64,000 nt of DNA from Dehalococcoides mccartyi (GTDB taxonomy: Bacteria; Chloroflexota; Dehalococcoidia; UBA2979). A model generated the notes under the pieces. That model was not told the DNA's origin and made no database searches. It was given only the letters and a program-made list of their open reading frames with translations. This document shows, piece by piece, positions 43,080-52,451 of the stretch. Made by a program: the position numbers and the translations under genes. The stretch covers positions 9,522 to 73,521 of the forward strand of contig CAMBFG010000003.1 in assembly GCA_945865925.1 (NCBI GenBank), written 5' to 3'. Every line of letters starts with the position of its first letter. Position 1 is the first letter of the stretch.

Positions 43080-43531
43080 GCATCGCCGACCGTCTGAAAG
43101 AACTGGGCATCGACCTCCCGCTGGTCTCGCCCGTCGCGATCTACAAGCCGGCGGTGCGCACGGGGAACCTCGTGTTCGTCTCCGGCCAACTGCCGATGAA
43201 GGACGGCGCCCTCGTGGCGACGGGTCGCCTCGGCGCGGGCGTGAGCATCGAGGACGGCAAGGCAGCGGCCCGCCAGTGCGCGATCAACGCGCTCGCGGCG
43301 GCGCAACACCTGCTGGGCACCCTCGAGGGGGCGCGCGTGATCCGCACGGTCGGCTACGTGGCGAGCGCGCCCGAGTTCGTCGACCAGCCGCAGGTCGTGA
43401 ACGGCGCTTCCGAGTTGCTCAAGGATGTCTTCGGCGACGACGCTGGCGTTGGCTCGCGCACCTCGATCGGCCTCGTCTCGCTGCCGTTGAACGCGCCGGT
43501 CGAGGTGGAACTGCTGCTGGAGGTGAAGTAG
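43076..43531 (+). CDS. RidA/YjgF family protein
   Basis: VFVSGQLP, NGASELL, SLPLNAPVEVE. Confidence 0.88.
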   Translation: MSIADRLKELGIDLPLVSPVAIYKPAVRTGNLVFVSGQLPMKDGALVATGRLGAGVSIEDGKAAARQCAINALAAAQHLLGTLEGARVIRTVGYVASAPEFVDQPQVVNGASELLKDVFGDDAGVGSRTSIGLVSLPLNAPVEVELLLEVK

Positions 43532-44014
43532 ATGGCGCGCATCGACTTCGTGACCGGTGCTCCGGAGAAGTACGCCCACCTGGTCGAGTCGCTGGCGACC
43601 GTGTCCGAGCGGCTGCGCGGCGTGACCTCGAATGTCCGCGCAGCCGCGTGGACGTCCGCGCCACGCGAGGGCGGCGAGTGGACGGCACAGCACACACTGG
43701 CGCACATGGCGCTGTATGCGCAGAAGAACGGTGTCTTCATCTACCAGATGGTGATGATGACCGAGCCCGCCCGCCTCGCGTTCGGCGAGGACGCCGAGAC
43801 AGCGGCCCTCGAAGCCCGCTCCCCGGGCGACCTGATCGCTATCGTGGAGTCCGAGTTGGGCAAGACGGTCGGACTGCTCTCCGGCACGCCGGACGCGGCC
43901 TGGGGCCACCCCGGCAGCATCCGCGGCGCACGGCGGTCGCTGCGTCAGCAGGTGCAGTCGCACGCGGAGCACCTGCAGGGGCATGTGGATCAGATCGCGG
44001 ACGCGCTGGGGTAG
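43532..44014 (+). CDS. DinB-like protein
   Basis: EWTAQHTLAHM...HAEHL.GH..QI. Confidence 0.75.
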   Translation: MARIDFVTGAPEKYAHLVESLATVSERLRGVTSNVRAAAWTSAPREGGEWTAQHTLAHMALYAQKNGVFIYQMVMMTEPARLAFGEDAETAALEARSPGDLIAIVESELGKTVGLLSGTPDAAWGHPGSIRGARRSLRQQVQSHAEHLQGHVDQIADALG

Positions 44015-44026
44015 AGGGCGCTCCGG

Positions 44027-45274
44027 CTACCGCGCCGTCGAGATGAGCGGGCCGGTATCGACGGCCTCGAAGGCGCTGCCCGGGACCTGCTTCAGTTGGT
44101 TGAGATCCGCATCGTCCCAACCCGGGTCGGTCGCGCCGCTGATGTACCAGTTCGACCCGTTGTCAGCGAGCAGCATCCCGTACCGCTTCAGCGCCGTGAG
44201 CACGACGAGCGCCTGCCCTCGATACCCCGCGAGGTCGAAGTCCGCCTTGAGGCGAAGGCGGAGCCCCATCGGCGGCGCGGACGCATCGGTGATGCTGCTC
44301 GCGAAGTGCGTCGCGGGGTGGATATACGCGCGCTGGGTGCGGCTGACGGTGAAGCGCAGCGCATGGTTGATCGCCCCGGCGCGCACCTCGTCCACACGGA
44401 CGAGGCCAGGCAGGATCGGCAGTCCGGCGGCGTCGGCGGATGTCCACCCGTCCGGTCGCAGCGCGTTCGACCGCAGGTCGAAGATCGCGCCTGAGCCGGC
44501 ACTCCACGAGGCGCCGCTGCGACGCAGGTCGAACAACTCGTACAGTCGGCACTCTCCCTCGCGGACGATGAGCGCATGCCGGTCCGACCCGGCCTCAATC
44601 CGCACGCCTGAGGGGATGGGGTAGGGCCCGACGTCGCTCTCGTCGGCATAGTCGAAGGTCACCGGGACGCTCGGCTCGCCGGCGGGGACGATCACGTAGG
44701 GGATGCCGTAGTCCGGGTTCTCGCCGAAGTCCGCGTGCAGGAAGCGGTTGCCACCGCTCGCCATGATGTGGCCAACGTAGCGATCGGAGAGCGGATGCCG
44801 TGGCGCGCTCGAGATGTCGGCTGCCCACGGGTTGTCGTCCGGGAACAGCGGACACGAGCCGATCGAGCGCGTCCCGGCCGATCCTCCGCCGGGAGCCGAG
44901 GCGGCTCGGCAGACCAACAGCAGCGGGGTCGACGGCAGCACCCCGCCCGGGAACCGCGAGACGAACGACTCGTTGACGAACGTCGGGGCGCCTCGCAGGT
45001 ATCCGACGAGAAAGCCTCCGCTCGATAGCCAGGCAGCGGTCGCGGTGCAACCTCGACCGTCGGCGACGGCGAAGAGTTGCGTGGGGGTGCCGCCGCTCCA
45101 CTGGACGAGCGCGACGCCACCGCCAGCGGGCAGGCTCCCGGAGATCTGGCCAGCCTCGGGCGCCACCTGTGCCTGCAGCGGCTGGTCGGATGTGAGGAAG
45201 AGCGCCATGCTGAGCAGCAGCGGCCAGGCACCCCACAGCCGCGCCTTCGATCCCACTGGCCACACTCCTGCCAT
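44027..45274 (-). CDS. Secreted protein with an N-terminal GAPxFVN module plus a conserved uncharacterised domain
   Basis: Signal-like N-terminus; C-domain motifs SDRH, SADAAGLPILPGL, HALRF, YGMLLADNG. Confidence 0.7.
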   Translation of the reverse strand: MAGVWPVGSKARLWGAWPLLLSMALFLTSDQPLQAQVAPEAGQISGSLPAGGGVALVQWSGGTPTQLFAVADGRGCTATAAWLSSGGFLVGYLRGAPTFVNESFVSRFPGGVLPSTPLLLVCRAASAPGGGSAGTRSIGSCPLFPDDNPWAADISSAPRHPLSDRYVGHIMASGGNRFLHADFGENPDYGIPYVIVPAGEPSVPVTFDYADESDVGPYPIPSGVRIEAGSDRHALIVREGECRLYELFDLRRSGASWSAGSGAIFDLRSNALRPDGWTSADAAGLPILPGLVRVDEVRAGAINHALRFTVSRTQRAYIHPATHFASSITDASAPPMGLRLRLKADFDLAGYRGQALVVLTALKRYGMLLADNGSNWYISGATDPGWDDADLNQLKQVPGSAFEAVDTGPLISTAR

Positions 45275-45333
45275 CGCTCCATCTGACGGTAGAACGACAG
45301 GCGAGGCAGTGCGTGACGCGAAGGCGTCGAAGG

Positions 45334-46032
45334 CTAGCGGGGTTGCGGGACGGCCGGCGCGCCGAAGATCTCGATGAACCGATAGCCGACGTTGCGGACG
45401 GTATCGATGTACTGCTCGCGGTTCTCGATCTTGGCGCGGATGCGACGGATGTGGACGTCCACGGTGCGCGAGCCACCGTAGTAGTCGTAGCCCCACACCT
45501 GGTTCAGCAGCACCTCGCGGGTGAACGGCTTGCCGGGGTTCGAGGCGAGGAAGCGGAGGAGTTCGTACTCCTTGTAGGTCAGGTCGACGACCTCGGTGTC
45601 CACGGTGACCTTGTAGCGCTCGAGGTCGATGACGAGGGCGCCGTGGCGGATCATCGAGCCGTCGGTCGCGCCGGTGCGCTGCCAGATCAGCCTCGACAGG
45701 CGCAGGCGGAGTTCGACGTCATCGACCGGTGACAGGACGAAGTCGTCGACCTGCGTGCCGGGACCAATGAGGGCGAGTTGGCTCGGCGTGGCGATCGCCA
45801 GGACGGCGGTGCTCTCCGCGAGCGCCTCGTCACGCAGGAGCGCAGCGACACCCCCCGCAGTGAGGCCGATCGAGAGGTCGAGCACGACGACGGCGGGCCG
45901 CCAGTCGCGCACGGCGACGAGGGCGCCTTCGGCAGATGGCTCGGCGCGCACGACGCGACCGTCTGGCCGCGCCGCAGCCTCTACCGAGCGCAGATGCTCG
46001 CCGTCACGTGTGAGCACGAGGATCCGCTGCAT
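45334..46032 (-). CDS. glnR: OmpR-family regulator, GlnR-like, with an atypical receiver
   Basis: DLTYKEYELL...VWGYDYYGGSRTVDVHIRRIRAK closely resembles the actinobacterial GlnR effector domain; receiver lacks the acidic pair and the conserved Lys; adjacent to glnA genes. Confidence 0.7.
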   Translation of the reverse strand: MQRILVLTRDGEHLRSVEAAARPDGRVVRAEPSAEGALVAVRDWRPAVVVLDLSIGLTAGGVAALLRDEALAESTAVLAIATPSQLALIGPGTQVDDFVLSPVDDVELRLRLSRLIWQRTGATDGSMIRHGALVIDLERYKVTVDTEVVDLTYKEYELLRFLASNPGKPFTREVLLNQVWGYDYYGGSRTVDVHIRRIRAKIENREQYIDTVRNVGYRFIEIFGAPAVPQPR

Positions 46033-46128
46033 GGGCGGAAGTGTATGGGCGCGGTGTTTCGGATACGAGTCCGCAGTGCGGGGGACGTATCGCCGTCACA
46101 TCGGAGTGTCGCTCTGGGGGAGAAGGGT

Positions 46129-46177
46129 CGCGACCGGAGGTGGTCTCGGGAGGGGGTCGGGACCACCTCCGGTCGCG
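46129..46177. terminator. Long (about 20-bp stem) hairpin between the wHTH gene and glnR
   Basis: CGCGACCGGAGGTGGTCTCG...CGGGACCACCTCCGGTCGCG. Confidence 0.6.
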
Positions 46178-46193
46178 GGCTGTAGGCGCTCGG

Positions 46194-46487
46194 TCAGGCC
46201 TCAGGGGCGAGGCGGTAACCGACGCGTGTGACGGTATCGATGGCGTCCGCGGCCTCGCCGAGCTTGGAACGGACGCGCGAGACGATGACGGCGAGGCGCC
46301 TGCGCGCCTCCGGGCCGGCAGAGCCCCAGAGGGCCTCGGCCAAGCGGTCATAGGTGACCACCCGACCGGAGTGCTCCGCGATCATGAGGAGCGCGTTGAA
46401 CTCCATATAGGTCAGGCGGATCGGACGGCCGTCCACGGTGACCAGATAGCGGTCGCGGTCGATCGTGAGGTGGCCAGTTCGGATCAC
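46194..46487 (-). CDS. Stand-alone OmpR/PhoB-type winged-helix protein
   Basis: LTIDRDRY.VTVDG..IRLTYMEF, IDTVTRVGYRL; GAGGGAG RBS before GTG. Confidence 0.75.
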   Translation of the reverse strand: MIRTGHLTIDRDRYLVTVDGRPIRLTYMEFNALLMIAEHSGRVVTYDRLAEALWGSAGPEARRRLAVIVSRVRSKLGEAADAIDTVTRVGYRLAPEA

Positions 46488-46611
46488 CGCGTGACTCCCT
46501 CGTCCACCAGTGGAGTCTTGAGGCCCCGTCGAGCCTCCGACTACGAGATTGAGTCTGCGAATCTCCGATTTCGCGGTCGCGTCGTGAATGTGAATCCTCG
46601 GTGTCGGGAAT

Positions 46612-46627
46612 GTTTCCCACAGGTTTC
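46612..46627. promoter_or_regulatory. GlnR-box-like site
   Basis: GTTTC-ccacag-GTTTC (reverse: GAAAC-n6-GAAAC) in the divergent region upstream of glnA. Confidence 0.55.
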
Positions 46628-46735
46628 GCGCGCTCAAGCACGAGGTCAGTTGCGGGGGCGGGCTCCCCTCACGCGGTACGCGTGGTTCAATCGACGGGCT
46701 GCCCTCCCGGCAGCGCAGGCTCGGAGGCAGTTGAG

Positions 46736-48151
46736 ATGGCGAATCTGGCCGACATCCGTCAGCGGATGACCTCGGAAGGCGTCACGCGCGTCGATCTTCG
46801 TGTGACGGACTTGCCCGGACGGTGGCATCACTTCTCCGTCCCTGCCGGACGGCTGACGGAGGAGAGCACGGTCAACGGCTTCGGATTCGATGGCTCGAGC
46901 CTGCGCGGCTTCCAGGCGATCGAGGAGTCGGACATGCTCCTGCTCCCCGACCTCGACACGGCCGTAGTCGACCCATCCGAGGCGGTCCCGACGCTCGCGA
47001 TCATCTGCGACGTGGTGGAGCCCCAGACGGGCGAGCGCTATGTGCGCGACCCTCGACGGATCGCGGCGCTGGCGGAGTCCTATCTGCGATCGACGGGGAT
47101 CGCGGACACCGCGAACTTCGGGCCGGAGTTGGAGTTTTTCCTGTTCGACGACGCGCGCTTCCAGCAGAACGCCAACACGGCATTCTTCACGGTGGACTCG
47201 GTCGAAGGCCCGTGGAACAGCGGGCAGGACGAGCACCCGAACCTCGGCGCCAAGATCGGGACGAAGGAGGGCTACTCGCCGGTCCCGCCTGCGGACCAGA
47301 CCTCCGGCGTGCGCTGGGCGATCTCCGAGGCCCTCGAAAGCGCGGGCATCGAGGTGGAGGTACACCACCACGAAGTCGCCGCAGCGGGCCAGGGCGAGAT
47401 CGCGACGAAGTACGCAAGCCTGCGCAAGAAGGCGGACGAGACGCAGTGGTACAAGTACCTCGTCCGCACGATCGGGCGAGCGCACGGCAAGGCCGCGACG
47501 TTCATGCCGAAGCCGATCTTCGGGGACAACGGCAGCGGAATGCACACACACCAGTCGCTCTGGAAAGACGGCGTGCCGCTCTTCCATGACGCGAACGGAT
47601 ACGCCAGCCTGTCCCAGACGGCGCGGTGGTACATCGGCGGGCTGTTGACGCACGCGCCCGCGCTGATGGCGTTCTGTGCGCCCTCTACGAACTCATACAA
47701 GCGTCTCGTGCCGGGCTTCGAGGCGCCGGTGAACCTCGCGTACTCCGCGCGGAACCGGTCGGCTGCGGTGCGCATCCCCACGTACTCCTCGGCGGCAGGG
47801 GCGACGCGCATCGAGTTCCGCCCACCTGACGGCACCTCCAACCCCTATCTGGCGTTTGCGGCGATGCTGATGGCCGGCGTGGACGGGATCCGGCATCAGA
47901 TCGACCCGGGCGACCCGCTGGACCGGAACATCTACGAGTTACGGGCGGAAGAGGCGGCGCGCGTACCTCGCGTACCGGGGAGCCTGGAGGCGGCGCTGGA
48001 CGCGCTCGCGGGCGACCAAACGTTCCTGTTCGAGGGTGCGGTCTTCACGGAGGACCTGGTGGCGCGCTGGATCGCGATGAAGCGCGAGGAGGTGCAGGCC
48101 GCTGCCCTCCGTCCGACACCCTACGAGTACGAGTTGTATTTCAACGGGTAG
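46736..48151 (+). CDS. glnA: Glutamine synthetase type I (GSI-beta)
   Basis: FDGSS, HHHEVA, TFMPKP.FGDNGSGMH, NSYKRLVPGFEAP, adenylylation-site NIYEL. Confidence 0.95.
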   Translation: MANLADIRQRMTSEGVTRVDLRVTDLPGRWHHFSVPAGRLTEESTVNGFGFDGSSLRGFQAIEESDMLLLPDLDTAVVDPSEAVPTLAIICDVVEPQTGERYVRDPRRIAALAESYLRSTGIADTANFGPELEFFLFDDARFQQNANTAFFTVDSVEGPWNSGQDEHPNLGAKIGTKEGYSPVPPADQTSGVRWAISEALESAGIEVEVHHHEVAAAGQGEIATKYASLRKKADETQWYKYLVRTIGRAHGKAATFMPKPIFGDNGSGMHTHQSLWKDGVPLFHDANGYASLSQTARWYIGGLLTHAPALMAFCAPSTNSYKRLVPGFEAPVNLAYSARNRSAAVRIPTYSSAAGATRIEFRPPDGTSNPYLAFAAMLMAGVDGIRHQIDPGDPLDRNIYELRAEEAARVPRVPGSLEAALDALAGDQTFLFEGAVFTEDLVARWIAMKREEVQAAALRPTPYEYELYFNG

Positions 48152-48194
48152 CGGCTGAACGTCCCGACCTCAATGGGTGTCTGGGCGGCCCGTA

Positions 48195-48210
48195 GAAACA
48201 ATCTGGAAAC
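48195..48210 (+). promoter_or_regulatory. GlnR-box-like site
   Basis: GAAAC-aatctg-GAAAC just upstream of a TACGAT -10 element. Confidence 0.6.
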
Positions 48211-48233
48211 AGGTCGGACGGTACGATCTGGTG

Positions 48234-49568
48234 ATGCTTGAACGTGAATCTGGTGCGGGGTCGGTGCAGCACGTCTTGCAGGCGTGCCGCGATCACGATG
48301 TGAAGTTCATCCGGCTGTGGTTCACGGACATCCTCGGGATGCTGAAGTCCGTCGCCATTACCGTCGAGGAACTCGAACACGCGCTGACGGACGGGATCAC
48401 GTTCGACGGGGCGGCGATCGAGGGCTTCGCGCGGCGCGATGAAGCCGACATGATCGCGATGCCAGACCCGGCGACGTTCCAGGTGCTGCCGTGGCGGCCT
48501 CGGCCGAACGCGGTGGCGCGGATGTTCTGTGACATCTACCGCACGAACGGGGAGCCGTTCGAGGGTGACCCTCGGCAGGTGCTGAAGCGGACGCTGCGCC
48601 GTGCCGCCGACCAGGGGTACACGTTCTACGTGTCGCCCGAGATCGAGTATTTCTACTTCAAGGACGCGCAGGGGACGGTACCGCTGGACCAGGGCGGCTA
48701 CTTCGACCTCACGCCGCTCGATGGCGGCTCGGACCTGCGGCGCGAAACGGTGCTGATGCTCGAGGAGTTGGGCATCGGGGTCGCGCTGAGTCACCACGAA
48801 GTCGCGCCGAGCCAGCACGAGATGGACCTGCGCTACACGGACGCCCTGACGATGGCGGACGCGGTGATGACGTTCCGCCTTGTGGTGAAGGAAGTCGCGG
48901 CACGCGCTGGCGTCCACGCGACGTTCATGCCGAAGCCGATCGCGGACCAGAACGGCAGCGGGATGCACCTGCAACTCTCGCTGTTCCGAGGCGAAGCGAA
49001 CGCCTTCCACGACCCGCAATCTCCGGACACGCTCTCCGCGGACGCGAAGCACTACGTGGCGGGCTTGCTCCAGCACGCGCCGGAGATCGCGCTGATCACG
49101 AACCAGTGGGTGAACTCGTACAAGCGCCTGATCCCGGGCTTCGAGGCGCCGGTGTATGCGACGTGGTCGCACACGAACGACGCCGACCTCGTGCGGGTGC
49201 CGGCGCACCGCGTCGAGGCGACGGTCGCCACACGCGTCGAGTACCGCGCACCTGACCCGGGCTGCAACCCGTACCTGACGTTCGCAGCGGTGCTGGCGGC
49301 TGGCCTCGACGGGATCGCGGCGAAGACCCCGCTGCCCGAGCCCGCGCGCTCCGGCCTGACCGAGGCCGAACGTGCCGCCCGAGGCTTGCGGACGTTGCCG
49401 CTGTCCCTCGGCGACGCGATCCAGCAGTTCTCCGGCTCCGCGCTGATGCGCAGCGAACTCGGCGACCACGTCTTCGAGTCGCTGATCGCGAACAAGCGGA
49501 TCGAATGGGCGGAGTACCGCGCCCAGGTCACGCCGTACGAGTTGAACCGCTACCTCGGCGCGCTGTAG
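48234..49568 (+). CDS. Glutamine synthetase family protein (GlnA2/GSI-alpha-like)
   Basis: FIRLWFTDILG.LKSVAI, HHEVAPSQHE, TFMPKP, NQWVNSYKRL. Confidence 0.9.
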   Translation: MLERESGAGSVQHVLQACRDHDVKFIRLWFTDILGMLKSVAITVEELEHALTDGITFDGAAIEGFARRDEADMIAMPDPATFQVLPWRPRPNAVARMFCDIYRTNGEPFEGDPRQVLKRTLRRAADQGYTFYVSPEIEYFYFKDAQGTVPLDQGGYFDLTPLDGGSDLRRETVLMLEELGIGVALSHHEVAPSQHEMDLRYTDALTMADAVMTFRLVVKEVAARAGVHATFMPKPIADQNGSGMHLQLSLFRGEANAFHDPQSPDTLSADAKHYVAGLLQHAPEIALITNQWVNSYKRLIPGFEAPVYATWSHTNDADLVRVPAHRVEATVATRVEYRAPDPGCNPYLTFAAVLAAGLDGIAAKTPLPEPARSGLTEAERAARGLRTLPLSLGDAIQQFSGSALMRSELGDHVFESLIANKRIEWAEYRAQVTPYELNRYLGAL

Positions 49569-49664
49569 CCCCTCGCCCTGCCTCACCCTCCCTTGGCTGT
49601 GCCTAGCAAAGATCTCGATTCCCTTCGCGAGGTCGTATCCTCCGCGGGGATCGAGGGGGATTGC

Positions 49665-50129
49665 ATGCCATTCGCCGAGGCCATTGCCGGCTTGATCGAC
49701 CAGCACCGTGCGCGCATCGAGGCGGTGACCGCAGGGGTGGATGACGCGCGGGCTACGAAGCAGCCCGTGCCCGGCGAGTGGAGCGTGAACGAGACGCTGT
49801 TGCACCTGATCGGCGACACCGCGTCGTTCCCTCGGGAGATCCGGAGCGCGCTGACCGGGACGAACCCGCCGCAGCGGCTCGACCAGGCAGGTGGCGCGTA
49901 TACGAGCCTGGGCGCGGAAGATCGCAGTCTGACGGCGCTACGGGCGCGGCTGTTCGCGAACCTCGATGCGACGAAGGCAGCGATCGCCGGATTGTCGGAT
50001 GAGGCCATCGGCAACACGCAGCAGATCGAGGGGTTCGGAGATGTGGCAGTCGGACGGTGGCTGCGGTTCACGCTGTCGGGCCACTTCGATGAGCACATCA
50101 AGCAGATCGAGGCGGCGGCGAGCGCGTAG
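49665..50129 (+). CDS. DinB-like protein
   Basis: GEWSVNETLLHL...GHFDEHIKQI. Confidence 0.8.
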   Translation: MPFAEAIAGLIDQHRARIEAVTAGVDDARATKQPVPGEWSVNETLLHLIGDTASFPREIRSALTGTNPPQRLDQAGGAYTSLGAEDRSLTALRARLFANLDATKAAIAGLSDEAIGNTQQIEGFGDVAVGRWLRFTLSGHFDEHIKQIEAAASA

Positions 50130-50138
50130 GCGCGCTGC

Positions 50139-51002
50139 CTAGCGGTAGAGCGCGGACGCGCCCTTCATCCAGCGCTTCTCCATCAACTGCTCGAGGACGA
50201 CCCGGCCGTTCGAGGCCTCGCGCATGACGCTGCGCAGCCAGAGCACCTCGGTCTTGCCGGTTTCGCCGCGCGCGATCGCCTCGCAGTCGACGACGTACTC
50301 AACCTCAACCAGTGGCGGGCCGTCGACGAAGCGGATCTCAATACCCGCATCGACTCGGACACCCATCGGGTCGACCGCCTCGGTGACGGCGCGCGGTTCG
50401 AGCATCCGGTAGAGCGAGCGTGTCGAGGCGACGGCCGGGCCCCACGGGCTCGCGTCGAAGTACCAGTCGATGGGTTCGGTGGTCGTGTCGCGCATCTGTG
50501 CCTGCACGTCGGCGGAGGCGCGGAGGCGACGCTGCGGGCCGAACGGTCCGAGGGCGACATCGCGCAGGATGCGGCCCTCGGCGGGCTGAGACGCGGCGAG
50601 ACGGGTGGCGAGCGGCGTCCGCGTGTCACCGAGGAACAACACGCCATCGGCGACCCGCTGGCCGGCGTCGTTCTGCGACCACGCCTCGACCTGGGCCTCG
50701 CCCTCGACTGGCACGCGCGCGAAGGCCTGCACGGGCTCGCCGTCGAGAGTGGGGGTGCGGTAGGCGAGGGAGAAGCCACCGCGCTCGAGCCACGCCGGCC
50801 CGAAGAGATCGAGGGCGATCGGGACGAACTGCTCGTTGTGGACCAGTCCGGAGACGAGGCCGCCCTGATAGCCGAGTTCAGCCGCCTTCTCGTCGTCGTG
50901 GATGCTGCCGCTGGACGCCGCGGCGATGTTGAGCGCCTCGCGACGTTCGCCGAAGCAGATGCCGTCCGCACGCGTCAGGATCGAGGTGCGGTCGTACGGC
51001 AT
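50139..51002 (-). CDS. Double-hotdog (MaoC-like) protein
   Basis: SIHDDEKAAELGYQGGLV, then SPWGP second hotdog half. Confidence 0.7.
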   Translation of the reverse strand: MPYDRTSILTRADGICFGERREALNIAAASSGSIHDDEKAAELGYQGGLVSGLVHNEQFVPIALDLFGPAWLERGGFSLAYRTPTLDGEPVQAFARVPVEGEAQVEAWSQNDAGQRVADGVLFLGDTRTPLATRLAASQPAEGRILRDVALGPFGPQRRLRASADVQAQMRDTTTEPIDWYFDASPWGPAVASTRSLYRMLEPRAVTEAVDPMGVRVDAGIEIRFVDGPPLVEVEYVVDCEAIARGETGKTEVLWLRSVMREASNGRVVLEQLMEKRWMKGASALYR

Positions 51003-51011
51003 CGGGCCTCC

Positions 51012-51479
51012 TTACCAGCGCCAGCGGGTGGCGGTGCGTGAGAACTGATCCGCGTGCTCGATGAAGCCGAAGGCCGTCCTCGGGGTGACCACCCAGCCGT
51101 CACCGGACGGGGGACGAGAGCCGTACTTCGCCTCGTAGAGCACGAAGTAGTGCTCGGCGTCGGTGTCGGAGATCGGGGCGGCGAGTCCTTCGACCATCAC
51201 GGCCTCCTCGGCGTCCTCGGTTGCCAGAGTGCAGCGCGGGTCGTGCTGGAGGTTGCGCGCCTTCTTCGAGCGGGTGCCGGTGGCAACGAAGAGGTGTGCG
51301 CCGTCCCATACCCCCCAGACCGGTGCGAGGTGCGGGCCACCCTCGGGTGTGTGGGTGGCCATCCAGTAGTTGTGGGCGTCGCGCAGGCGGCTCTCCGCCC
51401 ACGACCACGGGAGCAGTTCGGCCTCGGCACCATCGAGGTAGCCGGGCATATCTGGCCGCGAGGCGGTCGGGTCAGGCAT
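51012..51479 (-). CDS. Pyridoxamine 5'-phosphate oxidase-like (split-barrel) protein
   Basis: NYWMAT...PHLAPVWGVW, KKARNL..DPR, VMVEG. Confidence 0.85.
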   Translation of the reverse strand: MPDPTASRPDMPGYLDGAEAELLPWSWAESRLRDAHNYWMATHTPEGGPHLAPVWGVWDGAHLFVATGTRSKKARNLQHDPRCTLATEDAEEAVMVEGLAAPISDTDAEHYFVLYEAKYGSRPPSGDGWVVTPRTAFGFIEHADQFSRTATRWRW

Positions 51480-51488
51480 CGGAGCGCT

Positions 51489-52376
51489 TTACCTCACCTG
51501 ACTCACCTGAATGAGCGGGCGCCGCTCCGGATGGATCGCCGCATGCTGGATACCGAAGCGTGCGGAGAGTAGCGCACTGCACGCCGCGACGACCTCGACG
51601 CCGTCGGCTGCTTCGTCGACGAGTACGTGCGCCTCGAAGACCACGAAATCGGTGGCGACGGCCCAGCAATGCATGTCGTGGACGTCGCGCACGCCGGGGA
51701 CGCCTCGGAGCGCGGCCTGCACGGCTTCGAGGTCGATGTCTGCCGGGGTCGCTGCCAGCAGGGTGCCCGTGGCGCGGATCAACATGCGCACACCGCCAGC
51801 CGAGACGATCGCGAGGATCACGAGCGTGAGGACCGCGTCTGCCTGGAGCCAGCCCGTCGTTGCCACGATGACGCCCGCGGCGAGCGCCGCGACCGATCCG
51901 CCGAGGTCACCCCAGACGTGGAGGCGAGCCGCGTCCAGGTTTATGGACGCGCCGCTGTGGAGCAGGAGGAGTTGCGCGCCGTTCGCGACCAGGCCGACCG
52001 CCGCGAGCAGCAGGAGCCCCACGCCCTCGATTGGCTGCGGGTGAAACAGGCGCTCGACGGCATGGACAGCGAGATAGAGGGAGAACACGAGCACGAGGAC
52101 GGCGTTCACGGATGCGGCAAGCACCTCGCTGCGGTGGAGGCCGAAGGTGAAGCGGAGCGAGTGGGGCCGCGTCGCGAGCCAGACCGCGAGCCACGCGAGG
52201 CCGAGGGCGACACCATCGCTGAGGACGTGGCCCGCATCGGCCAGCAAGGCGAGCGATCCGGTGACGAGGCCACCCACGACCTCGATGGCGAGGGTGCATC
52301 CGGCGATCGCCAACGCGAGCGCGAGCCGCCTCGAGTCCTGCGTGGCGTGCGTGTGCTGGGCGTGGGCGGCGGTCAT
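51489..52376 (-). CDS. Cation diffusion facilitator (CzcD-like)
   Basis: SLALLADAGH, TFG.HR.EV, LHVWGD, VHDMHCW. Confidence 0.92.
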   Translation of the reverse strand: MTAAHAQHTHATQDSRRLALALAIAGCTLAIEVVGGLVTGSLALLADAGHVLSDGVALGLAWLAVWLATRPHSLRFTFGLHRSEVLAASVNAVLVLVFSLYLAVHAVERLFHPQPIEGVGLLLLAAVGLVANGAQLLLLHSGASINLDAARLHVWGDLGGSVAALAAGVIVATTGWLQADAVLTLVILAIVSAGGVRMLIRATGTLLAATPADIDLEAVQAALRGVPGVRDVHDMHCWAVATDFVVFEAHVLVDEAADGVEVVAACSALLSARFGIQHAAIHPERRPLIQVSQVR

Positions 52377-52451
52377 GCGATCAGGCTACGCCTGAGGGTG
52401 CGAGACGCCGTCTCAGCGAGACGGCATCTCAGTCGCGGTCGAGCGGGATGC

